DNA from: an uncultured Pseudomonadales bacterium
GTDB lineage: Bacteria; Patescibacteriota; Microgenomatia; UBA1400; PJMF01
Reading direction: 5' to 3'
DNA: 64,000 bases
Assembly: GCA_964556485.1 (NCBI GenBank)
Contig: CAZKVV010000004.1
Location: 57,618 to 121,617, forward strand
The position numbers and the translations under genes were made by a program. Positions 56,920 to 64,000 of this stretch are shown piece by piece. The notes beneath the pieces were generated by a model. It was given only the letters and a program-made list of their open reading frames with translations, ran no database searches and was not told the origin of the DNA. Within the stretch, counting starts at the first letter, position 1. Each line of letters begins with the position of its first letter.

Positions 56920-59235
56920 TTATTGGCCCTGCCTAAGTCTTTGACCTATTCTTCTCAAAATTGGCGTCATCACTCTCCTGGTTTCTATCGTCAGTTGACC
57001 CATGTTTTCGGGAATTATTACTCTATCTTCCCCAAAATATGTGTCTAAGCCAGCTTTTATTCGTTGCTTTTCATCCCGACTATTGGATAGACCAAAAGCG
57101 AAAAGCTCAAATACCTTTTTGATCTCGTCGATTTTTTCTACTAACGGTTGGCCGGTCAAACCACTGTTTGGTTCACCGTCTGTAAGAAACATAATAACAC
57201 CCTGTGAACCAGGAAATCTACGTCTTGAAGCGAGCAATTGTTCGTAGGCACTCACTACACCAGCTTCGTAGTTGGTACTACCATGCAATGATTTCGTTTG
57301 AGCAATGAGTTTGGCCTTAATTCGTTGTTCAGGAGAGGAGAATGGTTGATTAGGGTTTTTAAGCACTGATGAATTAGAACCCATAGTAATGATTCCAGAT
57401 GGAATGTTGTACTTCTCACACAACATCATCCACAAAATAAGATCTTTTAAAGATTCGTCTAACTTAGCGCCATGCATGCTGCCCGTAATATCGATAACAA
57501 ACCAAATGAATGTTTCAATTTTTTGCGATAATTCAATATCCTTTCTTGTATTAAAGCGACTGTCTCCAACGGGGAATTTACGAGCTGCCTGACGAGCGTC
57601 AGGTCTACCCGAATAGAAATAACCTTGCTGAGTCATGATCCACTCACGAGGGAATGCTTTCATCACTTGCTGATCCATCGATCTGAAATCAGCCATCATT
57701 TCGCGTTCCAACTCCTTGTATCGATCGTAGTTACCCTCTTCATCTTCTCTAAAACCAGCCTCTCTCATTTCGCGAAGTTTTCGTTCTTTTTGCTCGCGAG
57801 CTTTTTGTTTGGCTTCCTGTTTTTGTTGCTCAGCTTGTTGTTGTTGTATGTCGTGTTGTTCACGCTGTTGCTCTTCTTTCTCAAACTCTTCCAATTCCTT
57901 CTGGGCTTTTTCCACTTCTTTTTGATCAGCTGTTTGAATCTTTGGCTTGAATTCACCAGTTTCTTCATCTTGCTCCATCTGTATCATCTGTGGTGCTTCT
58001 TTATTAAGCTTTTCACTTTGTTTTTGATCGGTTTGTTTGCGAGCATCTTCTTCAAGTTTTTCTAATGCTTGAGGATTAAGATTTTTCAAAAAAAACTCCA
58101 GTTGCTCGCGTGTTTCAGTAGAGAGTTCATTCAAATCCATCTCACACTCACTTGTTTCTGGATTTTCTCCTTGGCTTCCCGGTCGTTGCTCATCAGGTTG
58201 AGCGCTAGATTGCCCCTCTGACTGTTGAGAACTTTGCAAGCCGCTTTGTCGTCCGGATTGTGATTGTTTAGATTGGCTAGAGCTTTGGCTTCCTTGCTGC
58301 ATTTCCTGTTTGATCTTTTGTTTCAAATCTTCAGGAAGTTGAGGTTGTCCGCTGCCACCCCGTCCATCTTGACCCTCATTGCCTTGCCGACCCTCCATGG
58401 CTTGTTGAGCCATATTCCTTTTTACTTGATCCTCAACTTCTTCCTTCTCGAGGTCTCTTACTTGCGGCCAAATCTCTTCAGAAAATGTGTGGAAATTTTC
58501 CAGTGCAGACTTACTGGCGTAAAAACGATCAAGTGCTGGTCGCACTTTATCCATAACTGCTTGTACTCGCTCGTCTATACTAGGCAAGTCTTGGCCTGTT
58601 AACCAGTAATTGATAGCGTTAACACCAAACTGACGTGGTAGGGGATCATGAGGAATCTGGGTGGCAATTTCCTTAAGTTTACGCAAGTACCCACGTTTTA
58701 GATCTTCAAGCGCCGCTTGGGATTCTCCGGCAGACATGGCGTTAACCCAACCATCTTCGGGACCATTAAGCAGCGATCCATAGGTCGATGGTAGGAATCC
58801 TTGTTCCTTAGCCAATCTCATCCCTTGAAAAAAGAATTTGAAATCTGAGTGAGCAGCGTGGGCAGCCTCGTGTCTTGTTTTCCTGGTAATTTCTATCTCA
58901 GGATCACGGTATAAATCGTTCTTTCTAAAAGTGATGAGATTGGGAACTAAAGCCTGAGGAGGCAGGTGATCTAGATTGTCAATTTTACCACAAATATATG
59001 CATCAACAGCTTGAGCGTATTCTGGGTCAATACCACAAGTCCATGGTCCTTCGCCATCTAGTGCCGCAATCTTAAGGTCATAACGACCACTGAAAACCCT
59101 TGAAAGCCATGAAATCTGTTTCATTACCCTTCGAATTTCTTCCGGCGATCGCCTTTCATCATCTAATAGTTTGTTTTCAGATATAGATGAAGGGCTAATA
59201 GCCTCACCCGGCATACGGGAGATTTTTTCAGACAT
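56920..59235 (-). CDS. vWA (MIDAS) domain protein with N-terminal HExxH zincin-like domain and central Q/E/K-rich coiled-coil linker (DUF2201-like architecture)
   Basis: HEAAHAAH near aa 110. About 250 aa of low-complexity QQ/EE/K repeats. C-terminal FVIDITGSM (DxTxS MIDAS) ... FLTDGEPN vWA fold. Confidence 0.7.
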   Translation of the reverse strand: MSEKISRMPGEAISPSSISENKLLDDERRSPEEIRRVMKQISWLSRVFSGRYDLKIAALDGEGPWTCGIDPEYAQAVDAYICGKIDNLDHLPPQALVPNLITFRKNDLYRDPEIEITRKTRHEAAHAAHSDFKFFFQGMRLAKEQGFLPSTYGSLLNGPEDGWVNAMSAGESQAALEDLKRGYLRKLKEIATQIPHDPLPRQFGVNAINYWLTGQDLPSIDERVQAVMDKVRPALDRFYASKSALENFHTFSEEIWPQVRDLEKEEVEDQVKRNMAQQAMEGRQGNEGQDGRGGSGQPQLPEDLKQKIKQEMQQGSQSSSQSKQSQSGRQSGLQSSQQSEGQSSAQPDEQRPGSQGENPETSECEMDLNELSTETREQLEFFLKNLNPQALEKLEEDARKQTDQKQSEKLNKEAPQMIQMEQDEETGEFKPKIQTADQKEVEKAQKELEEFEKEEQQREQHDIQQQQAEQQKQEAKQKAREQKERKLREMREAGFREDEEGNYDRYKELEREMMADFRSMDQQVMKAFPREWIMTQQGYFYSGRPDARQAARKFPVGDSRFNTRKDIELSQKIETFIWFVIDITGSMHGAKLDESLKDLILWMMLCEKYNIPSGIITMGSNSSVLKNPNQPFSSPEQRIKAKLIAQTKSLHGSTNYEAGVVSAYEQLLASRRRFPGSQGVIMFLTDGEPNSGLTGQPLVEKIDEIKKVFELFAFGLSNSRDEKQRIKAGLDTYFGEDRVIIPENMGQLTIETRRVMTPILRRIGQRLRQGQ

Positions 59236-59462
59236 GTTTTTATAGTATCAAAGTATGGGTGAAACTTACACGAATAGATCAAACGCGATTTTTTTAATAA
59301 GCCCATTACAGGTCTGTTAAATTGAAAATGTTTAAAATGAGGAAATTTAGCAAGCCCTGCCAACCCATTTGGCGGTATTAGACGGGTCTGTTAGAACTTT
59401 TCAACTGTTGCGGAGCACCCGGGTCTGGAACCTTTTTATCCTAATACTGAACTATGTAAGCT

Positions 59463-59657
59463 CTAGTCGTTTTCCAGCCATGGACCCTCTTTAATGATGT
59501 TCCTAAGAATTTTCATTTGTTGAACTGATAGTTTTAGTAACTCACCTAAATCTTTTTTGAAATCTTCATTAATAGCTATTTCTTGAAGAGATTCATATTT
59601 TTGAGCCAATCTAGATTCAGCTGCTAATGCTTCAGCGATGTCTGCAATGTTTGCCAT
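59463..59657 (-). CDS. Small helical protein (64 aa), hypothetical
   Basis: ATG ORF MANIADIAEALAAESRLAQKYESLQEIAINEDFKKDLGELLKLSVQQMKILRNIIKEGPWLEND. RBS AAAGGAG 6 nt upstream. Flanked by TCTGTTAGAAC direct repeats. Confidence 0.4.
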   Translation of the reverse strand: MANIADIAEALAAESRLAQKYESLQEIAINEDFKKDLGELLKLSVQQMKILRNIIKEGPWLEND

Positions 59658-59862
59658 AACAAGCTCCTTTCATATGTTAATCTAATTATAGATCACTGTA
59701 GTTTGGATCATCGGATGCGGAGACTAAGGAACTCTGTTAGAACCTGGTTTAAGTCCTCAGATCTAGACGGATTTTACATATACTCGCCATCCTTTGCATA
59801 GATTCAAGTTTATTTTAACTGGTTAGTCTTAATATTGGACACTTCGCACACGGGTTTGTGGA

Positions 59863-62800
59863 CTAAATCAGATAAAATGTGTGTACTGTCTTGGAACTTG
59901 AAATCTGGAATGAATGACTGATTCTTGCTTCAGGTTTATAAAATCTTAAGGCTAAATACTTATCAACTCCCTCGCCAACTCGATTTGTTAATGGATGCCA
60001 ACTGTCTTGTTCAGGAATCATCACCTGAGAGATTCCATTGTCTGCTGCGATCTGCATAACCATATCAACCATCTGATCGCATAAAACTGCAGTATTTGTC
60101 GAAGAAATAATACTAGAAGATGGATTGAAGCCTCTGAAAATCAAAGTTGGTTGATTATCAACGGTTGTTTGATATCCTTGAATATTCCCTACAACAATAC
60201 CTTGATTATTGACTAAATTAACATGAAAATGATCTGGTCGGTGATATAACTCTATATCATGAGCCGTACACACTCCTGCAGTAGTCTTCGCAAAATATGA
60301 GGCTGCGTTTTTTGTAACATATCCAGTTAATATTAAGGTTGGGTCAACCTCTTGCCCCGCTTTATCTCTAAGTACAACTTTTCCTAATTCTGTTTCTACA
60401 CGCTTCCTCAGTCCTTTTGATCCAGAAAACATTGTTCTTTCAGTCATGAATGCTAAAAGTTTGGCTAAGTGCTGGCGTTTTTCAACAACGGACTTATTTT
60501 CGCGTAAACCAGAAATAATTGATGCAAAAGAGGCTTTTTCCTCTTCTCTCATTATCCTTGATCCACCAATATTTTTCTCCAAAGTTGCAAGTTTTTTCTC
60601 AGTCAACATACTGAGCAAACGGTCAGACACCATTGGATTTTCATCTAAAAACTTTGCGACTGCTTCACCTGCATTATCTTTATAATAAACCCCAAATAGT
60701 TCTTTAGCTTTTGATAAAAGGTTATTTTTATCAGCAACTTGAGAAGTGTCTCCAGTCATTTTTTCTGTATATTGATCAATTTTATCTCCGAGCGATACAC
60801 GCAAGCATGCAATCACTTCTTGTAGAGAGGATGTAAATAAATCCTCAGTTTTGGTTGCACCTGCCTCGGTTAATAATCGAGTCCAGCCTTTTAAAGCCAT
60901 CGCAGTATCACCACCAGAGGCAATGTAATCAGACGTTTGTTCGTTTCTAAATATGACTTTAACTAAATTAACAACTCCTTCGTCAACTGGTTTGTCCGCA
61001 CTTCTTAATTCAGCTACTTTTTCTTTTGAAGCAATGCTTCCTCGATATCCACTCTCTCGAAAATGCATTCCACTAATATCATCACAATGATCACCAACTC
61101 TAGCTAGCTCTAACCTAACAGAATTAACATCTGTACTTGGAAATGTTAAGCAAATCATTTCAGCCATGAAGTCTATGCCACTACTTCCACTCGTTAAATC
61201 CATAAGTGGCACATTCCTATGAACATTTTTACGGAATGCTTTTACCCTATCCCTGTGATTTTCCCTAGAAAGCTCATCTGCTTCTAATATGTAACCCCTA
61301 ACTAATGATGGTGTGATATTTCTAAACTCTTCCATTGCTTCCAAAAGACGCTCTGTGTATAAGGGGTTAGTCATGATTCTAGCAACATCTTCGCCTGAAA
61401 TTGTCTGAAACGTTGTTACACAGCTATTAAAACTAGTGGGTTTGGTGTTTAGCATCCTTTTAAAGAATCTGGCGTACCCATCTTGTTCTAGGTTAGCTTG
61501 TAACCAATCTAATGACGACTTCGTTGTATAAAAAACATTTTGACTATTCAAGCCAATTGTCGCCCCCAATTGATGTAAGTAAGCTGGCCGAACTTGAGAC
61601 AAAATTTGATTGGTTTGAGGATTTTGTACTAAACTCCTAAATCGGTCGAAATCTGTTAATTTCCAGCCTGCGGACATCATGTGAGCCGACAAAACTCCGT
61701 TTTGCTCCCAATATGAGGCTCTATCTGGAATTAAAGCATCATATTTAGGATCGTTTGATTGGTCATGAAATCTTGCCAATGTTTGGATATATTCGACTGA
61801 TAATTCAAACCCATACGCAACTGCAAATGGCGCTATAAATGAATTACTCAGATTCCCGTTTTCAGCTAAGTCTTGTGATAGTGCATCATACACGTCATTA
61901 AAATGACGCGCACACATGTCTTTATCATTTTGTATTCCAATTATTAAACTTGCTCTAATTTCGCGTTTTTCAGCATTGTTGAATGTGGAAGCATCAAGAT
62001 TGTAGTCGGCGAGAAAACTTTGTGGCTGTTCTTTGGCAATTAGTCCCACTAAAGCAGATGTGGCTTTATGATCATCGACAAGAGTATTAAATATTTCTTT
62101 TTTGCCTATTAGTACTTTTTTAAGATATCCTTTCGCTCCCTTCCAATATCTCCAGTATTTCTGTGTTTCTTCTGGCATTTGTTCTAATGCCTGCTCAGTG
62201 ACCAAAGAGGCAAGAGTGTCTAACTCAACAGTCTGGCTTGTGGACAATTCTGTCAATAAATGTTCAGACGCCGATCCATTTACGACATACGTATTAATTT
62301 CTTCTCTTCTTTCTAGTATGAATCCATGCAACTCGTCCTCGTCATGTTGTCGCCAAAAATCCCAAAAGACCTTTCCTTCAGCCGTCATTCCTGCCAACGC
62401 TTCGTCGGAAATTAATGATGTAATTAATCTGTCGCCGACCCGCAATCTGTCTGATACTAAATTCTCTAATAATAGCTCCGTCGCCACACCATTAACAACC
62501 AATAAATCAAAATTCGATCTTTGCTTGATTAGATAATCATGCAAAACGTCAGCATCATGTTTCTTCCAGAAGCCCCAAAATTTTTCCCCTTCATCGCCCA
62601 TGGATTCCAAAGCGTCCTTTGTGATCATCCATGTCGCTTCTCTGAATATATTTTCTTTATTTCTATTACGAATAGTGTCACGACCAGATGATTCGTCTGC
62701 ACCTGAAATTAATTCATCGAGCCATTTTTGGGTTGGCACACCTTTTTCATTGACATAAGAGTCTATGTTGAAATCAGCTTCTCCCCGATGCCTAGTTAAT

Positions 62801-64000
62801 AATTCTATATAAGCATTAATCCCCGATGTTTTTGCTTTATTTCGACCATAATGTAGCTGAGGATTTGCATAAGAATCTGCCTGATGGTCAATGAGTAAAA
62901 ATAGCCTTTGACCGTAACTCTCATTACTGGCTAACTCGCATAAAAACCCCAAGGAAACTTTTCGATTGCCTCGGTTGTCTTCCATTTGAACACTAAATTC
63001 GGCGTCTTGATTTAGTTGATGAGCAAATTGCCACACGCATTGTCTACCAGTATCTTTGAGTCCAAAATACTCTCTAAGATCATTTGCCGATATTACGTTT
63101 TGACAATATAAACTTGGGATTTCAACTCCAACTCGTTTCAGTTCTGAAACCAATCTTTGCCTATCATCGTCGTTAACACCTGATAAAGTTTTAAATATTT
63201 CAACCGTCTGGCTGTTAAACGTTGCAAGAGGATTATTTAGTTCTTCCCTCAGTCTCAATATTTCATCATTAGGAATGGTTGCGAGTATTTTTAGTGTTAA
63301 TAAATCAGAGTTTGAGCGCACACAAAAACCGTCTGATGTTAATAATTTTTGTCTTTGAGCAATTATCTCGCGCTTTTTATATATACTAAGCCATTCATCT
63401 GGATTACGAAGAATAGTATCCCACTGTTCGCCTTGATTATTATTGTTTTGAAGTACGATACTAACAAACGCTCTATCTAGTCCCATCTGTCTTACTTCTG
63501 GTCTCAATAGTGTTTGTACTCTACCTTTCATTTCTTCAATAGTTATTTTTTCCTGGCCTATAACAGTTATCACATTCAACTTTGATGATTTTAAGTCATC
63601 AGATATCTCAGACAATGGTTTGAACACTTCCCGTACTTCTTCCAAAGAGAAATCCTTTAAAGAATCACCAATATCCTGCCATAAGTAATATCTGCTTAGC
63701 GCCCCATCTCCGCCGTCTTGATCCCTCGTCAAAGTTGTGCCTGTTAATTGCGTTATTAATAAAGATTTTTCTAATCTATCTGGATCAGATTTCCTAACAT
63801 AGTCTTTAAAATCGTATCCATCCGCACTCAAAGGCATTTTCCGACCGTATTTAGCTAGAACTCTAGCATTTTGTCTTAATGAGTCGTTTGCGCAAACAGC
63901 TTTAAAGCTAGCTTGATGATTTTCTACAAAAACTTTCGGGTTTGCGGAATCTGTAGTGCTGCGATCATTAAAATGAAATCCCCAACTTACATCAAACCCG
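59863..64000 (-). CDS. Giant hypothetical protein (over 1324 aa) with three internal ~65-aa repeats. Reading frame stays open to the window edge, so it is possibly N-terminally truncated here
   Basis: First ATG at 63837, but the frame has no stop from 63838 to 64000. Repeats contain (F/Y)WxFWK ... VVNGxAxELL motifs. No TM or signal peptide. Confidence 0.6.
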   Translation of the reverse strand, partial: GFDVSWGFHFNDRSTTDSANPKVFVENHQASFKAVCANDSLRQNARVLAKYGRKMPLSADGYDFKDYVRKSDPDRLEKSLLITQLTGTTLTRDQDGGDGALSRYYLWQDIGDSLKDFSLEEVREVFKPLSEISDDLKSSKLNVITVIGQEKITIEEMKGRVQTLLRPEVRQMGLDRAFVSIVLQNNNNQGEQWDTILRNPDEWLSIYKKREIIAQRQKLLTSDGFCVRSNSDLLTLKILATIPNDEILRLREELNNPLATFNSQTVEIFKTLSGVNDDDRQRLVSELKRVGVEIPSLYCQNVISANDLREYFGLKDTGRQCVWQFAHQLNQDAEFSVQMEDNRGNRKVSLGFLCELASNESYGQRLFLLIDHQADSYANPQLHYGRNKAKTSGINAYIELLTRHRGEADFNIDSYVNEKGVPTQKWLDELISGADESSGRDTIRNRNKENIFREATWMITKDALESMGDEGEKFWGFWKKHDADVLHDYLIKQRSNFDLLVVNGVATELLLENLVSDRLRVGDRLITSLISDEALAGMTAEGKVFWDFWRQHDEDELHGFILERREEINTYVVNGSASEHLLTELSTSQTVELDTLASLVTEQALEQMPEETQKYWRYWKGAKGYLKKVLIGKKEIFNTLVDDHKATSALVGLIAKEQPQSFLADYNLDASTFNNAEKREIRASLIIGIQNDKDMCARHFNDVYDALSQDLAENGNLSNSFIAPFAVAYGFELSVEYIQTLARFHDQSNDPKYDALIPDRASYWEQNGVLSAHMMSAGWKLTDFDRFRSLVQNPQTNQILSQVRPAYLHQLGATIGLNSQNVFYTTKSSLDWLQANLEQDGYARFFKRMLNTKPTSFNSCVTTFQTISGEDVARIMTNPLYTERLLEAMEEFRNITPSLVRGYILEADELSRENHRDRVKAFRKNVHRNVPLMDLTSGSSGIDFMAEMICLTFPSTDVNSVRLELARVGDHCDDISGMHFRESGYRGSIASKEKVAELRSADKPVDEGVVNLVKVIFRNEQTSDYIASGGDTAMALKGWTRLLTEAGATKTEDLFTSSLQEVIACLRVSLGDKIDQYTEKMTGDTSQVADKNNLLSKAKELFGVYYKDNAGEAVAKFLDENPMVSDRLLSMLTEKKLATLEKNIGGSRIMREEEKASFASIISGLRENKSVVEKRQHLAKLLAFMTERTMFSGSKGLRKRVETELGKVVLRDKAGQEVDPTLILTGYVTKNAASYFAKTTAGVCTAHDIELYHRPDHFHVNLVNNQGIVVGNIQGYQTTVDNQPTLIFRGFNPSSSIISSTNTAVLCDQMVDMVMQIAADNGISQVMIPEQDSWHPLTNRVGEGVDKYLALRFYKPEARISHSFQISSSKTVHTFYLI

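Noticed and set aside
57625-58065. 146-aa plus-strand ORF rich in F/L (FLLLSLLLLYVVLF...)
   Set aside because: It is the antisense of the Q/E/K-rich low-complexity linker of the vWA gene. A compositional artefact
1-64000. Alternative genetic code (UGA to Gly, code 25) as in Gracilibacteria/SR1
   Set aside because: Long ORFs are intact under the standard code and several gene junctions use overlapping ATGA with TGA as the stop. No sign of in-frame TGA within conserved domains

Overview
This 64-kb window comes from a low-GC (~38%) bacterium that uses the standard genetic code. Long ORFs are intact and several gene junctions overlap as ATGA, so TGA is a stop codon and there is no UGA recoding. 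Gene content suggests a reduced-genome, possibly CPR/Patescibacteria-like or host-associated organism, but I cannot assign a lineage from the sequence alone. Supporting features are three GT39/PMT-like membrane glycosyltransferases, several GT4 and GT2 enzymes, secreted C39-like, CAP-domain and transglutaminase-like proteins, an RRM/glycine-rich RNA-binding protein, and an ApbE plus FMN-binding lipoprotein pair.

I call about 60 CDS and four tRNAs (Val-CAC, Ser-UGA, Arg-GCG, Ser-CGA). Recognisable genes include comFC, dus, a four-gene glycan locus, greA, znuABC, a malic enzyme, maf and NUDIX genes, Hsp20 and HtrA, a ClpC-like ATPase, a Na+/Ca2+ exchanger and an HD hydrolase. I found no CRISPR array, transposase or rRNA.

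Three points stand out:
1. A minus-strand operon of at least 15 kb (48841-64000) that runs off the window edge. It encodes a giant protein with internal repeats, a 64-aa helical ORF, a 771-aa protein combining an HExxH zincin-like motif, a Q/E-rich coiled coil and a C-terminal vWA/MIDAS domain (DUF2201-like), a 1208-aa protein combining a beta-propeller-like N-terminus, ~500 aa of coiled coil and a dynein-related AAA_5 (MoxR-like) ATPase with degenerate Walker motifs, then a translationally coupled 65-aa ORF, a radical SAM enzyme (CNGGCSYC), an ABC exporter and a 213-aa protein. This looks like an uncharacterised vWA/MoxR-type NTPase system fused to a RiPP-like modification and export module, and is the best candidate for a novel system here.
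2. A tandem triplication (2405-4140) of a small membrane-protein cassette. Each copy has its own sigma70-like promoter, a conserved leader and an intrinsic terminator with a shared GAGCTACAAGT stem.
3. A flavin transferase (ApbE) paired with an FMN-binding-domain lipoprotein, the pattern of extracytosolic flavinylation systems.

Every call rests on motif recognition by eye. I ran no database searches.
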